From Andalucia godoyi And28 (taxonomy: Eukaryota; Protista; Jakobida), in NCBI GenBank assembly GCA_009859145.1, contig VRVR01000065.1, positions 94,919-109,603 of the forward strand: 14,685 nucleotides of DNA, given 5' to 3'. Of the stretch, positions 1 through 8,688 are shown piece after piece. Both the position numbers and the translations under genes were made by a program. Numbering within the stretch: the first letter of the stretch is position 1; each line of letters opens with the position of its first letter. The notes beneath the pieces are model-generated. The model saw only the letters and a program-made list of their open reading frames with translations. It had not been told where the DNA came from and ran no database searches.

Positions 1-337
1 GTACCCAGAACTCGTCATGCGCGGTGGTTGTCGTATTGATACCGCTATCCGCAGATTCCATGCCAGCATGCACAAGATCGGGGAATCGCGATGCATCCAC
101 AAAGGAAACAACCGGCTGGTTGTTGAAGACGAAATCCTGGATTCCCTCGTCCGTGTAGAACTTGGTGGCGAATCCAATCGTCGCGCGGTTGGTGTCCGCC
201 GAGCCGCGGTGACTGAACACTGGAGAGAATCGCGTGAACACGGGTGTCTGTCTGCTGGGGTCAGTCAGGAACTTTGCTGCAGTGAATGCCTTCATAGAAT
301 CGTCGTACACCTCAAAGAATCCGTGCGCCGCGGAACC
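1..337 (-). CDS. katE: Large-subunit catalase, exon 2 (continues beyond the window edge)
   Basis: Manual translation: GSAAHGFFEVYDDSMKAFTAAKFLTDPSRQTPVFTRFSPVFSHRGSADTNRATIGFATKFYTDEGIQDFVFNNQPVVSFVDASRFPDLVHAGMESADSGINTTTTAHDEFWV. RFS, GSADT, GFATKFYT, FPDxVHA and AHDxFW match clade 2 catalases. No stop codon to the window edge. Confidence 0.93.
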
Positions 338-481
338 CTATCACAAAATTGAAATTGCAAACATGCAGAAAAAGACGCTGAATTAATCCACTATTCACTG
401 TGCATGAAACAGAAACGGACAGTATCGCGCAGGAAGCAACAAAGAAGAGGGGAAAGCGGGGGGCGAGAAAAGGTTACATAC
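338..481 (-). other. Spliceosomal intron, phase 0, 144 nt, in the catalase gene
   Basis: On the minus strand it begins GTATGT right after the Arg codon of HAR, is pyrimidine-rich and ends ...TGTGATAG. Removing it joins HAR to GSAAHGFF and restores the conserved HARGSAAHG motif in frame. Confidence 0.93.
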
Positions 482-790
482 TCTTGCGTGCACCACTCGT
501 TCTGGAATCCGTTCGTGGTCGTTATGCATGATCTTCTGACGAAGAATGAAATCCTCCAACAACGTCGGTCCCCGAACGCCAGCCTTCAGGGAGTTTTCGT
601 ACTGATCCTGGGTCACTCGCACTCCAGTGTCAGTTGTCATGAACGCCTTTTCGCCCTTCGAATCGATATCCATTCTCAGTCGAGCGTCCCGATGTGCAGG
701 GTGCAGCGGTGCTTTCCCCGCGGGTGCAGAAGTCGATCCTACATACGTGATCACCTTTTCCACGGTTTCCAGAGGGGTATGCGTGTTCAT
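482..790 (-). CDS. katE: Large-subunit (clade 2, KatE/HPII-like) heme catalase, exon 1
   Basis: Translates to ...[53 protein letters not shown], the catalase N-terminal signature including the distal His. ATG at 790 (MNTHTP) is the preferred start; ATG at 850 is also in frame. Confidence 0.93.
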
Positions 791-829
791 GTTGCTCAGA
801 AACGTTTGGTGTCGAGATGCATGTTTTTC

Positions 830-928
830 GTGCAAAAGAAAACTGTGCAACGAAAATGAAACGACTATTTATGCAAAACCACAGCATTTTGCAACTGGAA
901 AGTGCAAAAGAGAAATTGCCGGTTGCAC
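830..928. promoter_or_regulatory. Cluster of TGCAA/GTGCAAAAGA repeats in the divergent catalase-OBAP intergenic region
   Basis: GTGCAAAAGA at 830 and 902, GTGCAA at 845, TGCAAAA at 872, TTGCAA at 889 and TTGCAC at 923: six related sites in ~100 bp. Any regulatory function is inferred. Confidence 0.3.
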
Positions 929-1046
929 GGAACAGAACGATGGAAGGTTCGACTGTCGCAACGGATGGGTTGAAGTCGTGATGATTCGCGACAAGAATTT
1001 GTACTAGCTAAATTTTACAGAACATCAACCAGCAACTTGCTGGCGT

Positions 1047-1059
1047 GGAAAAACGCTGC
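1047..1059 (+). promoter_or_regulatory. GGAAAAACRCTGC motif, copy 1
   Basis: GGAAAAACGCTGC about 130 nt upstream of the OBAP ATG; identical to 4949-4961 and one mismatch from 3435-3447. Confidence 0.35.
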
Positions 1060-1175
1060 GCTTCCATCCATCACATAGTGCATCTGGCATGCTTTCCAAG
1101 ACGAGAGGCAGCACCTGCAACGCAGAGAGCAGGCTATCATTCAACGTTTCGAGACGCGAACACAGATATTTCTTG

Positions 1176-1988
1176 ATGACGTTCCAATTGCTAAATTCCA
1201 GGACACGGGCTTCATGCTTTGTATCTTCTGTTCTAGGAGGAACCATTCTTGGAGTCTTAGCCTTCGTGCTGTACAAGAGACATCGCAGCGATCAAACTGT
1301 CCATGAGAATCCGCAGCCAGAACTTCCGGGAAAACCTACCACGCTTTCCACAAAAGCCCTCGAGTATGGTGGAATGATGCTCCAAAAGTTCCTTCCTCTT
1401 CAGAAGATCCACTTGCACGTGTGTGGACTGCACTGCGCTGCAGATGATGCAGCGGAGCAAGTCATTGCACACCATTACTGCACGCAGGTGAATGAAGGTC
1501 TGCGTCAGTGCATTATCTTTGATTCTGGAAGTATGGATGCGAAACTCATTGGCATTGAGTACATCATCTCAGAAAGGCTGTTCGCGACATTGCCACCCGC
1601 AGAGCAGCAGCTTTGGCATTCGCATTCTTACGAGGTCAGCTCTGGAATTCTCGTGGGGAATGATCTTCCGGAAACGGCCGAAACGGCAGTCATGTCCCGC
1701 CTCGCCAGCACCTACGGAAAGACCTTCCACACATGGCAGGTGCAGCGCGGAGACACGCTACCCCTGGGACTTCCTCGGTTAATGCAGAGCTTTACTGCAG
1801 ATGGTCAAGTACAGCAAGAGCTGCTCGCTCAGAGAGATCTTGTTGAGTGTTACAGCACCGCAGACAAGCGCCGGTTTCGTGAAGGCGCGGGGTTTCCGCA
1901 CCACATTCCGCATTCCGAAGCTGATGCTCTCTGGCATGGTCGTCGGCTGGAACTGCAGCTCATTTCCAAGAATGAGAGCAAGGTCTGA
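1176..1988 (+). CDS. DUF1264 / oil body-associated protein (OBAP)-like protein with an N-terminal hydrophobic anchor
   Basis: Motifs PGKPT, QVIAHHYC, LRQCIIFDS, AKLIGIEYIISERLFATLP, LWHSHSYEV, TYGKTFHTWQV and LPLGLPRLM match the DUF1264 family. Start could be 1089 or 1176; 1176 places the hydrophobic segment near the N-terminus. Intronless. Confidence 0.9.
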   Translation: MTFQLLNSRTRASCFVSSVLGGTILGVLAFVLYKRHRSDQTVHENPQPELPGKPTTLSTKALEYGGMMLQKFLPLQKIHLHVCGLHCAADDAAEQVIAHHYCTQVNEGLRQCIIFDSGSMDAKLIGIEYIISERLFATLPPAEQQLWHSHSYEVSSGILVGNDLPETAETAVMSRLASTYGKTFHTWQVQRGDTLPLGLPRLMQSFTADGQVQQELLAQRDLVECYSTADKRRFREGAGFPHHIPHSEADALWHGRRLELQLISKNESKV

Positions 1989-2767
1989 GTTGCCTGTTTA
2001 TGCTCATTTGGTGCAAACTGTTGGATGGAAAAAAACTGTTTTTCTTCAAGACAAAGTATCGAATGAGAAAGTGCAGTGATATAAACGCCATGATACAGGC
2101 CTCTCTGGTGCATGGCGCAATGATGCAGATTAAATGTCTCATTTTTACATGACAAAAACACATATATCCATGCCTGCTGGAAGTTCTCCTGTTTTCTTTT
2201 CACACTTGTAAGAAAGGGAAGGCATGATATTTCTAGTGGGCCAGAGCATGCACTGGAACATAAATAGGAGGTTTCTGGTTCGGCGATCCAGCCGTTTTTC
2301 AGTGTGTGCACATGCGGAAGAAACCACGGTTTGCGACGTCCCACGAACGTCAATGCAATCCACTTGGGGACGTCGGAGCAACCAAGTTGGCAGTTTTTCC
2401 TTCAACAGCCCGGGAGTTCCGCTGTGCCTGTCAAGCACACTTCGACCAGTTCGACATCCGCACAACTTCCGCCCCTTTACCCCACCGCATTCAGCGATTA
2501 GGTGTAAAAAAGAAGAGCGCGAACCACTTGGAGGGCAAGTTGCGACACATCGCTGCCGTCACGACGGGAGTCGTCGCTAAATTCTCTTTGTTGTCTCCAG
2601 TTTGTCGCAATGGAACCAACAAGGCGCAACAATTGAACTGCAGTTGTATTCGAACAGACAACGAAATTGGTTCAAAAATATGGCTCCACAACAATTTCGA
2701 AATTCCTGCAACCTTCACACTTTCCTCACCCGTCTTCAAGAACAAACCCAGAAGAGCACTGAGCGTT

Positions 2768-2989
2768 ATGAACCGCAACCAACAGCAAGATCAAGACAAC
2801 TCCAACAGTGGAGGTGACCAGCGCGGCTTTGCATCCATGGATCCAGAGCAGCAGCGTTCCATCGCAAGCAAGGGCGGCTTGACTGCGCAGGCACACGCCC
2901 ACGGCTATGACAACCCGGACGACTACCAGCAAGCCAAAGACAAGGGCGAGGTCGAATTCGCGAAAGGCGAGTCCCAGAACAAGGACTGA
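2768..2989 (+). CDS. Small hydrophilic KGG-repeat stress protein (Con-10/YciG/GsiB-like), 73 aa
   Basis: MNRNQQQDQDNSNSGGDQRGFASMDPEQQRSIASKGG contains one canonical KGG motif (RGFASMDxExQRxIASKGG). The 154-codon upstream extension in the ORF track does not look protein-like. Confidence 0.88.
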   Translation: MNRNQQQDQDNSNSGGDQRGFASMDPEQQRSIASKGGLTAQAHAHGYDNPDDYQQAKDKGEVEFAKGESQNKD

Positions 2990-3434
2990 AAGAAGGGAGG
3001 TGGCATACTGTCCAAGCCGAGGCCTTGAAGGAATTGCGCGGTCACGCCAGTTGACATGGCTCATGTGCTGTATGTGACTGGACTTTCCAAATGGTAAACA
3101 ATACTTCCTTTTGCAAGCATGACTTTGTGCAAACATGATCTTGATTTTTCGTTTGGAAAATCCCAGTGCCGGAAATGTTCCTGAATTGGAAATCGAAGAT
3201 CGCCTGATTTGGACGATGGGCTTCCGATTTCCAAAAGCGAAAAAGACCTGGAAGAGAAGAACATTCAGTCGAGCGTCCAATGAGCGTCAGCAGCCTTCTT
3301 GAAGTCGGTGCAGACACTAAAACTGTCTGCCCTTCGTTATGTCCAAAATGCTCGCATGTGGGAGTGAATATACCGACTCCCTCCGAGCAGTTTTCGGATC
3401 CTTTGCCTGGAGCTCTGGCCGGAAGAGCAGTCCT

Positions 3435-3447
3435 GGAAAAACACTGC
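3435..3447 (+). promoter_or_regulatory. GGAAAAACRCTGC motif, copy 2
   Basis: GGAAAAACACTGC about 200 nt upstream of the ATG of the CBM20 pseudogene. Confidence 0.3.
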
Positions 3448-3633
3448 GGTTTGGGAAAGACTTTAGGTGCTTCGGCAGATCTGCGAAAAATGTTCTCTGT
3501 GGAAGGCGGCAATTTCCTGTCCCAGCAGGCAACCGCAGTAGCGTCCAACACTTCAGTGACACTTTCCTTTTTAAAATCATTTTTGTTCGATTTTTTGTCA
3601 AGGTGACAACAACGTCTTGGCGACGGCTTCGAA

Positions 3634-4050
3634 ATGATGACCACCACTTTAGGATTTCAGTTATATGTCAGTGACCGCGAAAAGGTTGATTTGATTTCGC
3701 TTTCGGAGGACTTGCAGGTCCATGTTGTCGGAAATGTGTGACAGCTCGGGATGTGGCGTCCCTCTGGTTGGAGGACATTCATGCAGCGTCTTCCCTCCGA
3801 TTGTAGCAGTTCATTCTTCTACACGCTGTCTGTCCAGATTCCCACCGATGGGCGCGATGTCATTGAATACAAGTTCGTCATTTTCGATATAGCCAGTGGC
3901 GTGCTTACTCGGAAAAAAGGACTTGACAGGAACAGAACCCGTATTCTGTCGGGTCTGGCAGCACGCAGCAAGCTTCATCTGGAAGAGTGGAATTCTCCAG
4001 ATCTCCCCCTGCCGGTCCATGGCCCTCCAACCGGAAATTTTGAATACTAA
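3634..4050 (+). pseudogene. CBM20 (starch-binding domain) gene copy with an in-frame TGA
   Basis: Reads MMTTTLGFQLYVSDREKV...LQVHVVGNV*QLGMWRP...IEYKFVIFD...RNRTRILSG and is collinear with the intact paralog at 12011. TGA at 3739-3741 sits where the paralog has TGG; the paralog's TWEDG reads TRKKG here. Confidence 0.8.
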
Positions 4051-4948
4051 CCTTCATTATCGCTAATCTCAGTTCGACAGTTTTCATTGTGCAGTATGGA
4101 TAAAGCGTCGGGTCGAGGAAGTATGTTGAGTCCCTGTCGATTTGGTTGAGAACTTGCGGTCATTTACTGTAGCACGAAAGGACACCAGGCATCTGCTTCG
4201 ATGAATGGAACATGGACGACGCATGGCATTTCAAGTAGGGGAAGAGACGATGGCTTCTTTCAACCATCATTCTTTTTCTGCGACTCGCCCTTGTCCTGGA
4301 TTCGAATGTTGCAATGTGTGATGGGCGCTTCTCCAGCAAACAAAGTGCCACCAAAGTTGTCAGAATATTCTCCTGCTCCCTTACATGGAACACTAAGAAA
4401 AGTTGGAGCAAGGGTCAACAAACCCGTCTCTGGGTCAGCAGTCAATTTGTCCGAATGCACTCGCATTGCAATTCTTCCTCGCTGCTCGGAATGTCAACGA
4501 GCGGTGATCAGATTGGTTGCTGAGGAACGTGAATGATTGGCCGACGAAACCACTTAACTGTTTCTGAACGTCCGTTCGTTTTCGTTCATGATCTAGCACA
4601 AAGGGAGAGTGGAGACACAGACAAAGTCGCCGTGCTGTCCTGCGTGCAAGAAGATGAGAACAGCACGACACGAAAGTACCAGCGCATTATCCACACTTGG
4701 AAACGGAGGAGAACACCGACAAGAAACCCCATGCATGAACTGAGAACCGGATCCCATGTTCAGTAGCCGAGGCAAAGCATGGAAAAAATAAACAAATATT
4801 CAGTTTCGACCCTTTTTTTGTGAACTGGTCTGGACCGTCTAATTTCAACGTCGGAGTTTAACAGACAGATTATTATATTGCCGCTCGAAATGACCGGCAG
4901 CGCCAACAATACATCACATTGCGTAGTAGGCAGTTCAATTTCAAAGCA

Positions 4949-4961
4949 GGAAAAACGCTGC
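4949..4961 (+). promoter_or_regulatory. GGAAAAACRCTGC motif, copy 3
   Basis: GGAAAAACGCTGC 150 nt upstream of the ATG at 5099. Confidence 0.35.
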
Positions 4962-5098
4962 TGAACATGACTGGTCTACATGTTGCTCATTTTTTTGGTC
5001 ACGCCGTCATCGAAAGCTCCCCTAGTTCGTTTGTTTATATGTCAAGTGTTATGGAAAACTAGAGGCAAACATACACTTCTCGTCGTCTGATTCCAAAG

Positions 5099-6019
5099 AT
5101 GGATAATACCCACGGCTTTTCTGCAGCAGACAACATGACATTGCACGATGTCAATGACAACGAACACCACCCATCATTGAGACAAGATGTAGAGACGGGA
5201 CGGTTTCATGGCAGCACAAACCCATTACGAAAGGCAGGACTGGATGATCATGCCGGCCAACCGGCTGAAGTGCAGCAATCAAGTGCAGTCACACCGGATC
5301 AGCCACCGTTGCAAGAAATACTCGTTCCATCACATATTGAGAGAATGACGAAAGTCCTCAGTGCGGATGCTCTCGTCTCTTCGATTTCTGAACGGACTGC
5401 CGATGCAGGCGATGGTGCGGCGTCGTTACGGCATGTTAGCAATCTGCCCTTGTCGCAAATGCCGTGCACGGATCACAGTGGTTCAGGTTCGGCGTCCTAC
5501 CCAATCGATCGAGAGTCTGGGAAATTTCAAAAATTGGAGTACGGGTTCCGGCTGACCATGGTCAATAGGACGGCCTATCCCGTCAGAGTGAACGTATTTG
5601 TCCGGGGAGGCGCAATGTCTCGGTGTCAAAACTGCGAATTTATAATTCTGCCGCAGGTGCCACTGTTGTTCGAACTGGATTCTGCCGTGAAACGCTGTTC
5701 CAGAATTGTTGCGTTGGTCGCTACTCAGGGATGGCAGCGTGCAAGTTGTACCGACTCGGATGTCTTGGATCGCGCACAGAGGTCGTCTTGTTTCGGTTGT
5801 GCTATGAGTGTGACGTCGTTCCTCAATGGCAATAGAAAGCTGGGAGCATCCACAAATGTTGAAGCCGCGGAGGCGCCTAGAATCCGCATGCGTTTGTACT
5901 CCTTAGGTGCATATTTCAACAGAAAACTATTTGAAGGCATCTCTGAGCAGCATGCTGATCGTGATAATGCTGTCCTAAATGCTGGTATCTGGGAAGCAAT
6001 CGGAAATTCCAGTGAATAA
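5099..6019 (+). CDS. Hypothetical protein X-A (306 aa): disordered N-terminus plus an unrecognised C-terminal domain shared with X-B
   Basis: Long ORF. The part encoded by 5543-5959 aligns by eye with ORF 8689-9411 (VNxTxxPVRVN, WQRASC, LFExISxxHxD), which supports real coding. Confidence 0.82.
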   Translation: MDNTHGFSAADNMTLHDVNDNEHHPSLRQDVETGRFHGSTNPLRKAGLDDHAGQPAEVQQSSAVTPDQPPLQEILVPSHIERMTKVLSADALVSSISERTADAGDGAASLRHVSNLPLSQMPCTDHSGSGSASYPIDRESGKFQKLEYGFRLTMVNRTAYPVRVNVFVRGGAMSRCQNCEFIILPQVPLLFELDSAVKRCSRIVALVATQGWQRASCTDSDVLDRAQRSSCFGCAMSVTSFLNGNRKLGASTNVEAAEAPRIRMRLYSLGAYFNRKLFEGISEQHADRDNAVLNAGIWEAIGNSSE

Positions 6020-6170
6020 ATTGCGCTTTCTTTCCTTCTGGCACAATTGTGCACACTCTTCCCCTGACTGTAGAGCACATCTCCCGAGTTCCCCCGCAGT
6101 TTCTCTTGCTTCTTGCAGACATTCCTCTGTGTTCCTTTCTGTGTTACGCTTTGGCCAGATACAATTCACA

Positions 6171-6551
6171 ATGCCGCGCCCAGCATGGTGGCGGCGATTC
6201 ATCCTTGCATACACCGGACTGTCCGCTCTTTGTTTTTTCGCATTCTGCATGTTGTTCCCTCATCACCAAGGGTCTCTCGTATTTGTTTTCTTCGTCTTGA
6301 CCTCACCTGTGATTCTTCTTGCGGGCACCCTGACATTTCTGTCTCTGCTGTTTGCCATGCGGATGAGTCGTTGGGTGGAGACCCATGGACCCCCGTGGGT
6401 TTCTGCATGGCTTGTCATCTTGGACAGCTATGAGTTTTGGGTGGCATATTTTGGAATCATGGCGTGCATGAGCTTGTGGATCATTGGATGGTTGGTGATT
6501 CCATACTTTGAGATGTTAGTGCGCAAAAGAAGACCAGAAAAGGTGCAGTGA
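6171..6551 (+). CDS. Small hypothetical integral membrane protein (126 aa, ~3 hydrophobic segments)
   Basis: MPRPAWWRRFILAYTGLSALCFFAFCMLF...VFVFFVLTSPVILLAGTLTFLSLLFAM...FWVAYFGIMACMSLWIIGWLVIPYF with a basic tail (RKRRPEK). No family recognised. Confidence 0.55.
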   Translation: MPRPAWWRRFILAYTGLSALCFFAFCMLFPHHQGSLVFVFFVLTSPVILLAGTLTFLSLLFAMRMSRWVETHGPPWVSAWLVILDSYEFWVAYFGIMACMSLWIIGWLVIPYFEMLVRKRRPEKVQ

Positions 6552-6936
6552 AGGCATCGCTGCGTATGGATTACATGTCGCACCAATCAAGAGAGGTCAT
6601 GCTCATGATGACTGCGCGCGGAAATGGCCGCAGTGTGATCGACACTAGGGATGTCTGACCCGCAAGACGATGGACAATGAAATGACTTGTCTTTACTTGC
6701 AAAGGAATGGTTCAGGCTTTACGACACTTTGGTGGCTGCAGGTGCGCCGCATCACATCCGTCTGTGATACGTACAGGAAGAGAGGTGCGTGTTCTTCAAA
6801 ATTCCTTCTGCATCGACATTATCAGCCTGGCCCAGTGGGATTGTCTCGTTCGAGGGTTAGTTGGCGCCGGTCTCTCAACAATTTTTTCGAACAGAAACGA
6901 ATGGTGTTCGAACAAATGAACCTGCCTGGCGTTTTA

Positions 6937-7968
6937 TCAATTGACCCACTCAAGAAGCGGAGAAACATTGCGAAAGAAGATGCCCTTCCTTTTTTCCTCT
7001 GCGGGATCGCATAGCGTGCTGGCGTAGTTCTCGCCTCGATCGCAAGCGACTGTGACGATTGTCTTTCCAGGGCCCAAAAGTCGCGCAAGTTTCACTGCCC
7101 CCACAAGATTCATGCCCGACGAAGGTCCAAGAAACAGTCCTTCTTGCTCCGCTAGCAGCTGGTTCATCTGTGCCATTTCAGCATTGGAACAGGGAAACGA
7201 ACCGTCAATGAGGTTATCACGGCAAGCTTTTGCAAAGTTCCCAGTTAGATACGTCGATCCCGCGCCCGCCGCATGGGTGGATCCTGGCAAGACTTTGAAA
7301 TTCCGATGCTCAAAGAATTCGCGGTTTCCAGAGCCTGGTGGGTCAACAAGGAACGCCCGAATCCCCGGGTTCTTGGATTTTAAAAATGTCGACATTCCTG
7401 CAATGGTTCCACCCGTCCCCGACGAACAAACAAATCCACCGATCTGTCCATCAAGCTCCTTCCAGATTTCGGGTCCTGTGGTGACGATGTGCGCCATCGG
7501 ATTGGCCCAGTTTTCCGCCTGCTGCGTAAAGTAGAATCCAGGATTCTCGGCTGCGATGCTGCGCGGCTTGTTGACGTAGTACTCTGGATCGTCGAAAGAT
7601 ACGTCTGCAGGACAAGTTACGACCTTTGCGCCAAGACGCTCCATCAATTTCAGTTTGTGCTCCTCCGTTCCTTCGTTCACCGTGAGCACACACTTGTAGC
7701 CGCGCTGACGGCACAGCAACGCAAGGGCTATTCCTGTATTGCCTCCGGTTTCGTCTGTTATCCCGTACTTCTCGGGTTGTGCCGGGTCGAGGATTCCGCG
7801 GGCCTCTGCGTCTAAAATCATCGACCGCGCCGCTCGGTCTTTGATTGATCCTCCGGGATTGTAAAATTCCGCTTTCAGCAGGATGTGACATCCTGTGACT
7901 CTCGAGAGACAGCGAATGCGCCACAAGGGGGTGTTTCCCACAGCCTCGAAGACGTTATTGATAATCAT
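6937..7968 (-). CDS. cysK: Cysteine synthase-like PLP-dependent enzyme (fold type II, CysK family), divergent
   Basis: GNTPL, KAEFYNPGGSIKDR (Schiff-base Lys43), TGGNTG loop, AHxxTTGPEIW, GTGGTIAG phosphate loop, EGLFLGPSSG and IVTVACD. 343 aa, intronless. Confidence 0.93.
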   Translation of the reverse strand: MIINNVFEAVGNTPLWRIRCLSRVTGCHILLKAEFYNPGGSIKDRAARSMILDAEARGILDPAQPEKYGITDETGGNTGIALALLCRQRGYKCVLTVNEGTEEHKLKLMERLGAKVVTCPADVSFDDPEYYVNKPRSIAAENPGFYFTQQAENWANPMAHIVTTGPEIWKELDGQIGGFVCSSGTGGTIAGMSTFLKSKNPGIRAFLVDPPGSGNREFFEHRNFKVLPGSTHAAGAGSTYLTGNFAKACRDNLIDGSFPCSNAEMAQMNQLLAEQEGLFLGPSSGMNLVGAVKLARLLGPGKTIVTVACDRGENYASTLCDPAEEKRKGIFFRNVSPLLEWVN

Positions 7969-8688
7969 TTTCTATCTGTGTATTTATATTTAGTAGACGA
8001 CCGCTACTCGACAACTCGCTGTTTTTTCGGGATATCAACGTAGTTCTGTTCCACCAAGACAGACCGAGGAACGGACGTCAATTGAACTTCCGTCAAAGAA
8101 AAAAAGACACTCATTGTCTACAACCCTCAGCTCGATGGAAATGCAGCGTCTGATTCTCTGCTCCTACAAAGAATGGCGCATGCATTTATTTAGCGCGTCC
8201 AGCTCACACCTTTCACTATCAAAACAGAGTGAGTTTGTGCACGGACACTGCTTGCATTGGTAGACTGTTTGTTAAAACACCTCGAACAACATGAAAATGG
8301 AATTTTATTGGCAGGCATTTCGGTGGAACCTTTCAAAATGGCTGTGTATGTTTGTGGCGTGCATGCATACCGGCAATATTCTCCATTTGGCCTGCACCTC
8401 GCTTTCTTCATCGCATGAACACGCTCACTGGTCTGCAGTTCCACGATGTGGGTTAATGCCCGGACTGCAAGAACCGGTCGAGTGTTGTTGCATAAATGTT
8501 TTGCAACCCGCAGCTAATTCCCGATGGAAGTGCCCTGTGAGATTAATGATATTCATAATCAAACACATGGCGTTGCTGCCCGCATCTCAAGAAATTTGGC
8601 TCTCGAGAGTGGTTTGTTACCCATTCGCGAAAGACGAGACGTCTGAGTCTTTGAAAGGGACGCTTCCAGTCAGAGAACGGACAGGTGC

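Noticed and set aside
17-1007. Plus-strand ORFs 17-352, 404-859 and 627-1007
   Set aside because: Antisense shadows of the catalase gene with no independent motif.
2693-2704. Perfect 12-bp palindrome AATTTCGAAATT upstream of the KGG gene
   Set aside because: Single occurrence, AT-rich, and not a complete heat-shock element; compatible with chance.
2306-2767. Long N-terminal extension of the KGG ORF
   Set aside because: Not protein-like; KGG proteins are short hydrophilic peptides and the ATG at 2768 gives a typical one.
3042-3647. 201-aa minus-strand ORF, and an ATGTTTGCA start at 3136 resembling the Zn2Cys6 start (possible relic of a duplicated factor)
   Set aside because: No Cys6 pattern or extended DNA similarity follows the shared 9 nt, and no recognisable motif in the ORF.
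4051-4770. Possible further exons of CBM20-A (GCTAAT...CAG at 4080; GTATGT 4121 to TAG 4172) and short ORFs 4201-4536 and 4533-4766
   Set aside because: The splice-like signals are plausible, but the joined frames stop quickly and show no similarity to the paralog or to known domains.
5985-6073. Intron-like segment (GTATCT...CTGACTGTAG) that could fuse X-A to downstream sequence
   Set aside because: The spliced product enters a frame with no protein-like features and the donor is weak; needs RNA-seq.
7052-7924. ORFs overlapping the cysteine-synthase-like gene in other frames or strand
   Set aside because: Shadow ORFs of a well-supported gene.
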